From Octopus bimaculoides (lineage: Eukaryota), in contig NC_068986.1 of assembly GCF_001194135.2 (NCBI RefSeq), positions 98,532,210 through 98,596,076 of the forward strand: a stretch of 63,867 nt of DNA. The letters are read 5' to 3'. The notes below the pieces were generated by a model, which saw nothing but the letters and a program-made list of their open reading frames with translations, was not told the origin of the DNA and searched no databases. The position numbers were made by a program, and so were the translations under genes. Shown one piece after another: positions 13,071-26,384 of the stretch (the stretch's first letter is position 1; the number at the start of each line of letters is the position of its first letter).

Positions 13071-14144
13071 GCTTTACTTCTCAGAACGTTCGGTATTGTT
13101 TGTTCTGATAGATTCTGTGAGAGCGGATAGCAGCCTGCTCCCTCAGCTCTCTTTCCGCACGTTACATGCTTTCATACTTTGTTGTTAATTATCGTGGGGG
13201 ACATTCAACATCTCAAAATCCTAGCTGTCCTCATCAGAGCAGTTTTGGAGGCTTGTTCTACTCTCATGTCAATTCCGATATCTTTGACATATTTCTCGAA
13301 CTTGGTTGTTAGTACTCCGAGTGCTCCAACAACTACTGGAATGACAGACACTCTACTCATAGTCTACACTCTTGCAATTTCGTCTCTTAGTTCTCTGTAC
13401 TTTTCAATCTTTTTTAGTTCTTTTAGTTCTATATGTGCATCTCCAAGTATTGCAATATCTATAATCTTGGTTTTGTTTTCTTTTTTATCTACCAGAACCA
13501 TATTTGGTCTCCGTGCCACGATTAGGGAGACACGTTGGATTGTAAAATCTCACAGCATCTTACGTTCTTTCTTCCTGCTGACTCCTTAAGGTTCATATTC
13601 GTACCATTTCAGTGCTCTGTTCAGGCCGTACTTTTCACGTAGCCTCCAATGGCCGATTTTAGCTCTCACAAAGGGGCGATTCGCTACTCTTATCTATTTG
13701 GAACTAGGTATAATTAATTCTCAGGGCTTATTCCTTGGTGCTGCCTCAGTGGACGAATTTAGCCACGTTATCGTGCCTTTTGTAGTGTTTTTGAGCCAGC
13801 TTGCTACGCTCACTCACAATATGTGAGATGATTTCGTTTCTGCTCCCACACATCATACAAAGGGCGATACGCTACTCTTAACTATTTGGAACTTGATGTA
13901 ATTAGTTCTCAGAGCTTATTCCTGGGTGCTGCCTCGGTGCATCCTTTCAGATCACTTTGTTTTAGCCATCTCTAAGTGTTGATCTTGCCTTTTCCTTTGA
14001 TTTCTCTGACGTATTGCCCATGCAGTGGTTTCTTTTTCCAGTTGTTTACTTTCTTCTTCATCTTATTTCTTAAATGCTTGTGTGTGCATCACATTTTCGG
14101 TAAGTATTATATTGTTAAATCTAAAAGCGGCAAATAAGGATTCA

Positions 14145-14145
<1 letters not shown>
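13071..14145 (-). mobile_element. 5'-truncated R4/Dong-clade element (family C): zinc knuckle, RLE and 3' UTR
   Basis: Minus strand: KPLHGQYVREIK, SPLC..CGSRNE..SHIVS, HWRLREKYG, RRPNMVLVDKKENKTKIIDIA (PD..D), KIEKYRELRDEIAR, VIPVVVGALG, KTALMRTARILR. Confidence 0.88.

Positions 14146-14191
<46 letters not shown>
14146..14191. repeat. (TTA)n microsatellite
   Basis: Direct reading. Confidence 0.97.
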
Positions 14192-14193
<2 letters not shown>

Positions 14194-14415
14194 TATAGAA
14201 AGTTAAAGAAGTGATGTTTAAATTCTCAATCGCAGAATAATGCTAATATTATAGCCTGAACTGGATAAACTATCCCTATTTTTGCAGAGAAAAGTGTAGG
14301 TGGCCAGCTACACTTTTCTCTGCAAAAATAGGGATAGTTTATCCTGTTCAGGCTATATTATTAGCATTATTCTGCGATTGAGAATTTAAACATCACTTCT
14401 TTAACTTTCTATAAA
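14192..14415. repeat. Near-perfect inverted repeat (foldback element/MITE): 108-bp arms, 8-bp spacer
   Basis: 14192-14299 is the reverse complement of 14308-14415 with 2 mismatches; spacer gtggccag. Confidence 0.92.
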
Positions 14416-14486
14416 AAAGACATCTCAACGCTTCTAAAGGCAAGCTTCGCTTGTTTGTTTACGTTTGTCGTAATTTGAATTTGTTA

Positions 14487-14490
14487 TTAT

Positions 14491-14559
<69 letters not shown>

Positions 14560-14571
14560 GACTACTACTAC
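14487..14571. repeat. (CTA)n microsatellite
   Basis: Direct reading. Confidence 0.97.
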
Positions 14572-14680
14572 TAAGGTGGTGAGCTTTCAGAATCGCTAGC
14601 ACGTCTTCTCGTTCTAAGTTCAAATTCCGCCGAGTTCGACCTTACCTTTTGTCATTTCGAGAAGTAGAGCACAAAACAAA
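14572..14680 (+). mobile_element. Deleted tRNA-derived SINE (family of 37284-37497)
   Basis: aaggtggtgagctttcagaatcgctagcacg..gttctaagttcaaattccgccgagttcgacctt matches the reverse complement of the full copy. Confidence 0.7.
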
Positions 14681-15874
14681 ATATTATTAGCAAATTCTCT
14701 TCCTGAACAGAATATTGACCATTTTCAGCCAGATTTTATCACCGACAAGAACAATATTAATTTAAACAATGTAAACAGAACGATTAATATAGCAAAAATT
14801 ACACAAGCGTATATCTCTAAACGGAGGATTGGGTGATAAATATTTTCGAAGAATACGGATCAAGAATCCTTTATCTTAGTGGTGAATCTTAATAAAATTC
14901 AGTTTCTATTATTGTAGTAAAGTAAAATATTTCGTGACCATCTTCTAACTGGAAATGATTAATTTAGATTGAAGGTTCTAATAAGACGTTCGTAATTAAA
15001 GAATTATCAGCTTGGAATTATTTATGCCACTAATTCCTGGAATGTTATTCCAATCAATTTATTTGTAGTACATCCGTGCAAACATTTGATTACTGGCAAT
15101 CTTCTAAAAGCTCCCATCAGGTATGAATTAAGTTATATTAACCCATGAGTCCCTTAACAGTGTTAAGAACCCCAGAAACAAACTAATCTTTGTATCTCAC
15201 AAGGTTTTTGTGTACTGATGGTAATGAAATATTCTTCTTATCGAAATGGATTTCGCTGATTATGCACAGAATTCGATATTGAGAGCGAGATGGTAAAGAA
15301 GGTGTGTTAAGTACATTCCCAGAAGCTTGCGCGTACCATAATGACTGAGGAGATGTAAAACGTGGTGAAGGGTGCCGGACACGAAGAAAACTTTTTGGTC
15401 GTTATACTAATTAGCGCAGTATATTTCCGTGGTAAGTAACGGGGCATCCAAAAATTATATATGTAGATGAGTTCGGTCTACGTTGATATACATATCCCAT
15501 TGACGAGCTATTGGGAGTTGTGCTTTGTCATAGTCACAATAAAAAAGGCCACGACACACTTGGCCTTGTGGTAGAAAGTCCAGCTGCTATACGTGTAGCA
15601 CTTAAAATCTATCTGCCCGCAGAACACCGAAAGACATGGACGACGGCAATGCCAGATAAGATAAGAATTAATATAAGTTCCGATGCTACTACTTTCGTAG
15701 CATTACTAGTTAGAGGCTGAAAAACTGTAGAAATACTGCATTGTGCATATCCCAAGACCAGGCAAATATGAACTACCTCTGGTATTACTGTCGGCCACTA
15801 AATTTACATTGGAAGTTGATTGAGATAAACTATAGTGAAATCAGTTAGAGAAAGTTGAAGCAAATAAAGTTTAT

Positions 15875-15884
15875 ATACGGCGAG

Positions 15885-15938
<54 letters not shown>

Positions 15939-15948
15939 NNNNNNNNNN

Positions 15949-15989
<41 letters not shown>

Positions 15990-16080
15990 GGAGATAGATG
16001 GAGAGAAAAAGCTACTTACAAAGACAAGTTGACATACGGGCATGCAAAAAGGCATACAGACAGACTGCAGATAGACAAGC

Positions 16081-16163
<83 letters not shown>

Positions 16164-16200
16164 CGAATAGGCAGACAGACTAGATGACAGACAGACAGAC

Positions 16201-16245
<45 letters not shown>
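15875..16245. repeat. (GA)n and (GATA)n/(GACA)n microsatellites
   Basis: Direct reading. Confidence 0.95.
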
Positions 16246-17248
16246 CATTTCTTTTATTAGCCACACAGGGCTCAACAAAGATGGGAGNNNNNNNNNNNNN
16301 NNNNNNNNNNNNNNNNNNNNNNNNNNNNNNNNNNNNNNNNNNNNNNNNNNNNNNNNNNNNNNNNNNNNNNNNNNNNNNNNNNNNNNNNNNNNNNNNNNNN
16401 NNNNNNNNNNNNNNNNNNNNNNNNNNNNNNNNNNNNNNNNNNNNNNNNNNNNNNNNNNNNNNNNNNNNNNNNNNNNNNNNNNNNNNNNNNNNNNNNNNNN
16501 NNNNNNNNNNNNNNNNNNNNNNNNNNNNNNNNNNNNNNNNNNNNNNNNNNNNNNNNNNNNNNNNNNNNNNNNNNNNNNNNNNNNNNNNNNNNNNNNNNNN
16601 NNNNNNNNNNNNNNNNNNNNNNNNNNNNNNNNNNNNNNNNNNNNNNNNNNNNNNNNNNNNNNNNNNNNNNNNNNNNNNNNNNNNNNNNNNNNNNNNNNNN
16701 NNNNNNNNNNNNNNNNNNNNNNNNNNNNNNNNNNNNNNNNNNNNNNNNNNNNNNNNNNNNNNNNNNNNNNNNNNNNNNNNNNNNNNNNNNNNNNNNNNNN
16801 NNNNNNNNNNNNNNNNNNNNNNNNNNNNNNNNNNNNNNNNNNNNNNNNNNNNNNNNNNNNNNNNNNNNNNNNNNNNNNNNNNNNNNNNNNNNNNNNNNNN
16901 NNNNNNNNNNNNNNNNNNNNNNNNNNNNNNNNNNNNNNNNNNNNNNNNNNNNNNNNNNNNNNNNNNNNNNNNNNNNNNNNNNNNNNNNNNNNNNNNNNNN
17001 NNNNNNNNNNNNNNNNNNNNNNNNNNNNNNNNNNNNNNNNNNNNNNNNNNNNNNNNNNNNNNNNNNNNNNNNNNNNNNNNNNNNNNNNNNNNNNNNNNNN
17101 NNNNNNNNNNNNNNNNNNNNNNNNNNNNNNNNNNNNNNNNNNNNNNNNNNNNNNNNNNNNNNNNNNNNNNNNNNNNNNNNNNNNNNNNNNNNNNNNNNNN
17201 NNNNNNNNNNNNNNNNNNNNNNNNNNNCTAGATGACAGACAGACAGAC

Positions 17249-17293
<45 letters not shown>

Positions 17294-18805
17294 CATTTCT
17301 TTTATTAGCCACACAGGGCTCAACAAAGATGGGAGGGGGAAGGAAAAGAAAAAGAATGTAGGGTGTGTCGATCGTAGGAGGGGAAAAAAGCGGGGAGTTC
17401 GATCAATTAGCGAGGATATCAATGGCTAAGGTGAAGCGATGGATGGCACATTGTACCTGCCGAATGCCCATAGCTGTGTGATAGAACATGGAACTGCATT
17501 TCTGTCAATAGATATTATTAAACAGTGACTACGTTTGCTCCGATATGGCATTTGATTTCAGCCAATGAAGAAATACAGTAAACAGATTTGGACATATAAA
17601 GCTATGAGATAAGATATGAAGCAATGGTTTTAATTTATATTTCTATGACTCAGATAAAAAAAAAACGTTTCGTGACAGGTATAAATCGTATGATAAAACA
17701 AATCTGTGTGAATGGTTGCGCGTGTGTGTGTGTGTGTGTATGTGTGTGTGTGTGTGTCTGTGTGTGTGTGTGTATGTATGTGTAATTGTGCTTGTATTTG
17801 TGTGTTTGCAGGCGTGTCCCTATGTGAGTATGTATGTGTGTGTCTATCTGTGCATATATGCATGCATGCAAATGTACAGGTTATGGCACTAGTCGTCGTC
17901 GTTGGGCTTCTATGAATAACTTAACTTGTAAACGTCTTGCGGATAAAATTTCATCATTTGAATACGTATGCTATAATATTTGCTAATGAACGTCTCTAAT
18001 CACCTAAAGCATAAATTACAGTTTGTGTAGTATCCCATTTTGAAAGACATATCTGTCATTCACTCATCACTATGGTTAATAGAGATACACATTAGATCTT
18101 ATGAATCAATTTACTTCCAAAATGCTTCATTATGTACATACTGATGTAATTAATTCATGCATTAATGTAATGTTCAACCAATATTGGAATAGCGGAATTC
18201 ATCTATATAAATGAATATGAATCGAATATGTATGATTCGAAGAGCAGTAAATATTGTTGAGTTTTAAAACAGGATATAGGAAGACTCCGAATCACAAACG
18301 AAAAATCATTGATTACATACAGTTAGGGAATCAGTTTAAACTTCCGTTTGATGGCGTTTCTAATCGTGAATTCTGAAAATGAAACACAAAGAATACATTA
18401 CGCTGAGAGGAGAAGAATAGTTTAAATTTCTAAATATTAATAAAACATGTGCTAATTAACAGTATGCAGTCAAAACACTCGGAAATTTGGATATGACTTA
18501 GAGCATTGAAGATAATCATGACGGAACCTCGAAGCTTCTCTGTAATTACACCAACTTCTACAGATTAACCTCTGGTAAAACATTTGCTTATACGATTAAG
18601 ATAATCGTTGTGTAACCATGCAGTTCCAGCTAGGTTCTCATAGTGTCGGATTGAAAAATACCTTGGCATTGAATATTGTGTGAAAACATGTGAGCGGAAT
18701 CCCATCTGATACACACACGCACACACACACACACACACAGAGTCACGAACACACATTCACACAGAATGCTTGAATAAGCCGTCAGGTGAACTTTAAAAAT
18801 GTATC

Positions 18806-18838
<33 letters not shown>

Positions 18839-19108
18839 NNNNNNNNNNNNNNNNNNNNNNNNNNNNNNNNNNNNNNNNNNNNNNNNNNNNNNNNNNNNNN
18901 NNNNNNNNNNNNNNNNNNNNNNNNNNNNNNNNNNNNNNNNNNNNNNNNNNNNNNNNNNNNNNNNNNNNNNNNNNNNNNNNNNNNNNNNNNNNNNNNNNNN
19001 NNNNNNNNNNNNNNNNNNNNNNNNNNNNNNNNNNNNNNNNNNNNNNNNNNNNNNNNNNNNNNNNNNNNNNNNNNNNNNNNNNNNNNNNNNNNNNNNNNNN
19101 NNNNNNNN

Positions 19109-19144
<36 letters not shown>

Positions 19145-19780
19145 ATACACACACACATCAACGACATTTGTGCACATCGGGGCGCATTCGAACAAGATGT
19201 ATTGCGGTGTTTTGTTTTTTTTCATCCGAGATGCAAATGCTATCTAATGCCTCAGCTGCCAAAAAAATACTGTCAACATTTGATTCGTTCACATAAGCCT
19301 ATAACAAACCGCGTTGTTCCTCACAAGATGAACGATATCACAGTAGGTAATATATAGAGATAAATAGGGGCGTCAATGTACTTCGACAAAAGACGTTATG
19401 TGTAGTCCTTTGTTCTGGCAATTATAGTTTTTACTGCAATACACAGGCGGCGCATTCACGCACAAATACGCACTTACCCACTTACACATACACATAGATA
19501 CATGCATACATACATGCATACATACATACGTACATCCATCCATACATACATACATACATACATACATACATACATACATACATACGGTGAATAAGGAAAC
19601 GGGTTAAACCGTCGTGCTTCATCTTTTAAGAATGGATAACAAATGTACCTGTGTGCTATAGTACGTTCTTTTTTCACTTCTCTCTCTCTCTTCTCTCTCT
19701 CTTCTCTCTCTCTCTCTCTCTCGCTCTCTCTCTCTCTATCTATCTATCTGTCTATCTATCTCCCTCACCCTTTCTTTCTC

Positions 19781-19815
<35 letters not shown>

Positions 19816-20364
19816 ACCTCTCTCTCTCTCTCTCTCTCTCTCTTTGTGTATAACTGTCTCTTCACTGACTATTAAACATCCATGGCTGAGGAAAGAAAAC
19901 AATAACCAGCTAAACAGATTTTTGTAACCTGCCGACCTCAAGCCGATCAACAAGGCAACAACTATCAAGTAACCAACCAACCAACCAACCAGCCAGCCAA
20001 CCAATCTACCAAACAATCATTCCAAACACCAATCAGTTGACCAGGTATTCAGCAATATCTAAATATGAGGTGTCCACTGAATGCTGGAAGACGGGTAATG
20101 GGTGTACAATACTGGAGCACCCAATCAGTCGTCCAACATCCAGAGGATTCTGCGCTACTCCGAATGAGAAAATGTTTGTGTCAAAAACAAACTTACATAA
20201 AAAAAAACATTGTCGAAGTATATTCTGCGTAATATTTTAGTCATTTACTGTGCGTTCAACTGCAGACATTGTAGGGCATCTGGTTGAAAGGGTTTATTCC
20301 ACTGTATTAAAAACCGTAGAAATATATCGGGCATGTGTGTGTGTGTTTGTATATATATAATCTG

Positions 20365-20585
20365 CACAAAGTAGATGTAGCAGTTTTTAAATCAAAGCTG
20401 GACCTCTTCCTATCGAGAGTCCCAGATGAACCTACCTCGCGGCAGGAGGTGCAAATGAGGGTTGCTAAATCAAACTCCATTCTTCACCAAGTGCCACATA
20501 TTGTAAGAGGCTCCCTGTAATAACAGTGTAGCAACACGGTGGAGCATCAGCATGGCCGCAGCTCTAAGCTGAAACTTAAAAAAAA
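20365..20585 (+). mobile_element. 5'-truncated 3' end of the CR1/L2-group LINE
   Basis: Clearly similar to 27410-27620 (VDVAVFKSKLDLFLSRVPDEP; ...ctgaaactt followed by an A-tail). Confidence 0.8.
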
Positions 20586-21758
20586 ATATATATATATATA
20601 NNNNNNNNNNNNNNNNNNNNNNNNNNNNNNNNNNNNNNNNNNNNNNNNNNNNNNNNNNNNNNNNNNNNNNNNNNNNNNNNNNNNNNNNNNNNNNNNNNNN
20701 NNNNNNNNNNNNNNNNNNNNNNNNNNNNNNNNNNNNNNNNNNNNNNNNNNNNNNNNNNNNNNNNNNNNNNNNNNNNNNNNNNNNNNNNNNNNNNNNNNNN
20801 NNNNNNNNNNNNNNNNNNNNNNNNNNNNNNNNNNNNNNNNNNNNNNNNNNNNNNNNNNNNNNNNNNNNNNNNNNNNNNNNNNNNNNNNNNNNNNNNNNNN
20901 NNNNNNNNNNNNNNNNNNNNNNNNNNNNNNNNNNNNNNNNNNNNNNNNNNNNNNNNNNNNNNNNNNNNNNNNNNNNNNNNNNNNNNNNNNNNNNNNNNNN
21001 NNNNNNNNNNNNNNNNNNNNNNNNNNNNNNNNNNNNNNNNNNNNNNNNNNNNNNNNNNNNNNNNNNNNNNNNNNNNNNNNNNNNNNNNNNNNNNNNNNNN
21101 NNNNNNNNNNNNNNNNNNNNNNNNNNNNNNNNNNNNNNNNNNNNNNNNNNNNNNNNNNNNNNNNNNNNNNNNNNNNNNNNNNNNNNNNNNNNNNNNNNNN
21201 NNNNNNNNNNNNNNNNNNNNNNNNNNNNNNNNNNNNNNNNNNNNNNNNNNNNNNNNNNNNNNNNNNNNNNNNNNNNNNNNNNNNNNNNNNNNNNNNNNNN
21301 NNNNNNNNNNNNNNNNNNNNNNNNNNNNNNNNNNNNNNNNNNNNNNNNNNNNNNNNNNNNNNNNNNNNNNNNNNNNNNNATATATATATGTGCATATATC
21401 CCTCACAATAATATAAGTGAATATGCATTTGCACACAGAGAGAAAGATATATAGACAGACAGAGTCAGACAAGAAGCAAATAACTCCTACAGTAAATGTA
21501 AAAGCGTTAAACTAGAAAGCCTATCTGCAAACGTTCCAACCAATTTCAGTACACATAGTACGTTGGTTTTACTTATTGAATCTATTACTATTTATATATT
21601 AACTAATTCCAACTTTAGCCTAAAGATAATGTAATTCACTGTCTAAACACCCAATATTTTAAAATACGTTGATGCATGCATATACTCATACATGCCTACA
21701 TAGAACACGCATACGTATACCCACACATACGTACACATACGCGCACATATATTTGTAC

Positions 21759-21790
<32 letters not shown>

Positions 21791-22179
21791 GAATACATAT
21801 AGGTTCGTTATTGCAAGGATTACTGAATCTGTCCCTTAAACACGCACACACACGCGCGCACGCACACACAGAGGCACACACACATACTCACACGCGCACA
21901 CAAACACACGCACACACATATAACTGTTATAGCATAATAGATTAGAAAGTTCAAGAACGAACTCTTCGTTCTTTTACTTTTAACGGCTGAAATGGAAGTA
22001 GATAATGCTATAAATAATGGCGTGTGAATATTAGGCTACAAAAACAATTTGAGAATTTTTACCTGTGAAGATAGAACCCAGTCATACGGTACAAAGAAGA
22101 CACGTCTTATCGATAATTCAAACTTTATTTACTACTAGCGATTAAAATGGCATAGTTTTTTTTATTCTTTTAATATGTT

Positions 22180-22330
22180 TCAGTCATTTGACTACGGCCA
22201 TGCTGGATCACCGCATTTAGTCGAACAAATTGACCCAAGGATTTATTCTTTGTAAGTCTAGTACTTATTCTATCGGTCTTTTTGTCGAACCGCTCGGTTA
22301 TGGGGACGCACTCACACCAACATCGGTTGT
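22180..22330. mobile_element. Abundant short interspersed repeat (cagtcatttgact..ggccatgctgga..tcggttgtcaa family)
   Basis: Related copies at ~29790-29930, 43395-43560, 47640-48010, 52255-52430 and 56145-56240, in both orientations. Confidence 0.7.
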
Positions 22331-22827
22331 CAAACGATCGTTGGCTTACAAATACAGAAACACATACAAACAAATATACACGTATATACGACGGTCGTCT
22401 TTCACCTTTCGTCTACCATACTTATATATACGTATATATAGAGTATCTCACAGAAGTATGTACACCCCTGAAAATTTTCAGTAAAATTGTCATTACTCAG
22501 CTAATATCGAAGGAAATCAAACGAATTTTATACTGAATAAAATATATTATACGTCCAAGCATTATACAGATTTGGAACACAAAACAATAAACATATTTCA
22601 AGATATGAAAGAAATATTAATTTTCAAATGTGACAAAAATATGTACACCTTAAAAAGAAATTTGCTATATTCAATATTTTATCCACTTTTTTTACTAAAT
22701 TCAGATATTGATGATAATTTCAATTCAAATGAATTATTTCTCCCAGTATTTTTGCACCAGTCATTGCTATTGCATCTGCAGGAATTCTGATTTGTGTACC
22801 GTGGTGAAAATCTTCAATGTGATTAAA

Positions 22828-22871
22828 ATGGCAGCAAAAGGAAAAGGATTGTCTGGAGATTTTAAGAAAAT
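22828..22871 (+). CDS. Candidate first coding exon MAAKGKGLSGDFKK(I/M); unverified
   Basis: Acceptor ttttttactaaattcag ends at 22704, start context aaaATGG, donor gtatgt at 22872. No recognisable homology and no partner exon established. Confidence 0.2.
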
Positions 22872-23264
22872 GTATGTTTTGTTTTTACTTTTTGTTCTCA
22901 CTGTCCTGTTCTTGTTAACACTTTCACCCTACGCCAAAAATTCCAAATTTTATTTTATTTGCTTTGCGGAAAGATTGCTCCAACGAAGTCGCGTATTGTC
23001 CTTACCTTCGAAACGCGGAGTAAATGGAACAGGAACAACTGACGAAGGGATATACTCTTTATGTTGCATGTCTCGTTTCTCTGTTTGTTTCTTTTTTTCG
23101 TTGTTCGAAAAAAGTTCGTTTTCTGTTTTCGTTTTTATGTTTTCGTTTCTCATTGTGTTAAAGGTTTTTTTTATGACCTGTACCCATATATGCATGTATG
23201 CATACATATAGATGTAGGTATGTACAAAGTGCCCGTGAATTATCGTTGTTGTTTGGTGATAGGA

Positions 23265-24011
23265 AGGAAATAACATTGACTCACCTAGTTCAAATCGGTA
23301 AAGTGAAAAAGTTGGATAAGTGGATTCCACATGAACTCAACGAAAATCAGAAACAGCAACGTTTGGAAGCCTGCATGATGCTACTTTCTCGTCGCAAAAA
23401 TGAATTATTTTTGAATCGAAACGTTCAGCATAATGGTTGGACAAAAACGAGTCACGAAAACACAGTCCAAAAAGCAAAATTCATCAAAAGAAGCTCTTGG
23501 TGTGTATTTGGTGGTTTAGCGCAGGTGTGATCCATTATGATTTCATTAAACCTGGTTCATCAATCGGCCGAAATATACTGCAGCCAACAGGACCAAATGA
23601 TGTAGAAACTTACAAAAAAAAACAGCCTATATCAGTCAACAGATCCACTCTTATTTTATTGCAAGACAACGCCGGACCACACATTGCAAAAATGACATTG
23701 GCGAAACTGCAGGAGTTGACGTTCGAAATTCTTCATCATCCACCATACTCACCTGATCTTTTCCACACTCAGTACCACTTCTTCCAGAATTTGGATAACT
23801 TTTTGATAGGAAAAAATTTAATTCCGACGATGCTGTAAAACAAGACTTCCAAGATTTTACAGTTTCGGGTTGGACAGGCTACCGCTGAAATGGCAAAAGT
23901 GTATTTACAATATGGATGCATACTTTGATGAATAAAACTACTTGTATTTAAAAAAAAAACAGTAGCAAACTGTTTTTCTTTTCTACAAATTTCATACTTG
24001 ACGACCTAATA
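23265..24011 (+). mobile_element. mariner transposase remnant with 3' TIR
   Basis: KLDKWIPHELN, HQKKLLVCIWW, LLQDNAGPH, HHPPYSPDL; ends ...catacttgacgacctaata (mariner-like TIR plus TA). Confidence 0.9.
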
Positions 24012-25247
24012 TATAAGTGAAAGGCTGCGATTTCCAGTACTCGGAGTTACTCGTCTCCAATCATCAGCAGGTAAAAAAAAGCCGTGTTTTCTTTAGAATA
24101 AACGCTGTATGCATATTTTTATGTATGCATAGTCTCATTTCATTTTTCAAACAATATTCAGACAGTTAATATTCAATTTCCTAGCTGAATACGAGAAACG
24201 AGCAACTCTAATTACTGGAAATCGAGGCCCCTCTGTTAAAATGCCTTAAAGAATATATTACATTTTGTACTGAGTCCTGTAATTTATCGTTTCTGGTGAC
24301 TCAACAGACGATCATACATACATACATGCATACATATATGTCCGTATTTGTATGTGTATGCGCGTGATGGCGTGATGATGTCTTCACATGAAACAGTATA
24401 CATATTGCCCGACTCACGGGTACGGATTAAACTTCTGTAAGTATATACACACATACATGCATAAATACAAACACATAATCACATATACCTACCTCTGCAT
24501 ACACAGATACACAACCACACACATATTGTTTCATTAATGACGAGTCCTCAAAACTACAATATGTTTGTTAATGTGTCCAGTACAGTTATAACTTAATTTA
24601 TGACTGCTACATTTCAGAGGTAGATTTTACGAGGTTTATCCGGAAAGTATATATGGTATGCTTTCTCTCAGCTGTGCGCATAGAAACCATAACATAGATG
24701 GCTTTATATTCTCATAATGTCTTGTTAAACTAAGGTTTTCTAATATTTTAATTCATTCTTGATCTGGTGTATTATACATATGTGTGTATCACACAGTGAG
24801 TTCGACAGACATTTATTATATTTAACCCCAGTCCGATCCATAGTTATGTCTTTTGTTTGCTTGGTTTATTTCCCTTAAATCATCTTTCTTTATATACTAC
24901 ACAATACTGCTGGCGAAAATTGTTCATATTTGTTTCTCTTCCCACTGATTTAGTAGACTCGCGATGAATATGTATCACCGACGAGGCCACTTAAATCGAA
25001 ACTTCACAAGGTGTCATCGTGATTGATAACAAAGATAAAATGATAATATTTTCATTAGAAATTAATTCTAAACTGCAGGTCATTATTTTCGCGTCGTATT
25101 TCTTGAAAGTTTCTCCAAAATACTGCCTAGTCATCATTTTCCCTCGCCAACTAAAAAGTAATGTTCTGCTCAATGAGAATATTACCATTGACCTGAGATA
25201 CGTCTGAGCTAACGTGTGTGTGTATGTGTGTGTGTGTGCATGTGTGT

Positions 25248-25327
<80 letters not shown>

Positions 25328-26124
25328 ATAGATAATTACACTTTCTCTGTCGCGTGAATACACATAATCTTTTTCCAAGTATATAGGTGTTGCTTGCACA
25401 ATTATCTTGCTGGAATCAGATGCCACATTTGTTAATATACATCCAGGAGATTTTTTTTGAGGTTTTTCGCATGAATGCTCATAATTAGAAACGATATACG
25501 TCTGTAAAAATTTCAGTGAGAAAACTATTTAAAGTGAATTTTATGAAAAATAATTTTCAAGTAGTGGTTTTTTCTTAGAATTTGTTACTATTTTGTTTCT
25601 ATTTATTTTTACCATAAAATATTAACGTTTTGTAACAAAAGCGTTGGCGACTGTTTTCAAATTGAATCGCAGACGTATTGCTATGGTTGACATATGATAA
25701 TTACTCTGCATAACATAAGCAGTCTGACTGGGTGCACATTACACATACTTCACTACTGTGGCTTAGAATAGTCAGAATATTGGTTCGAATTCGTGACATT
25801 TCGAACCGGAATGGAATTACTGGAGTTACATGTCGTTAAATATGTGTTGTTATGGGGTCTTGAGTCAGCAGGATATCCTTTACACGGGCACAATTTTTTT
25901 TAATGGCGGGAAAAACTCACACTGTTGTTTTAAACCAAAGATGGAATATAATACTCAATGCACTGTGACAAAATGAAAGATAGAATACATAAAATTAAGC
26001 AATCGAATTTGGAAAATACACACCAGAATGAACGAAGGGTCATAGAGGGTTACTTCGTGTTAGAATCCTATCAAGATCTAAAACAAATCGGTACAAAATA
26101 TCACTTCATGCAGTGAGCTTTTCA

Positions 26125-26380
26125 TGTAGGAGATCTGATCAATAAGTATCCAGACTGTTGCCATAGCAACGAAGATAAGGCGCTAAGAGTAAAGCTGCTT
26201 GACACAGATTGACCACGACCTTCTGTGCATGCGCACTAAGTTTAAACGTTCTAGCTCACTTCCGTTGTTTACAGAAGTCCTTCCAAATAATTCGTAGAAC
26301 GTGTGACCGTTACGTTGACCAATACCGAGAAAGCTGTCGTGGTGAGGCCTACGCAAAGTTGGTGTCGCGGCAGTTACTCG
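26125..26380 (+). mobile_element. 5' end of a mariner-type element truncated by a LINE
   Basis: gatctgatcaataagtatccagactg resembles mariner TIRs (recall-based); interrupted at ~26385. Confidence 0.45.
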
Positions 26381-26384
26381 ACAA

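Noticed and set aside
15511-15800. RNase H-like words (SPAAIRVALKIY, INISSDA)
   Set aside because: Resemblance too weak, with no supporting RT nearby.
16180-17340. ~105-bp direct repeat flanking the 16288-17228 gap
   Set aside because: Identical sequence at both gap edges; most likely overlapping contig ends rather than an LTR or TSD.
19850-19927. IKHPWLRK, resembling a kinase C-terminus
   Set aside because: No splice acceptor and no other kinase motifs; it follows a CT microsatellite.
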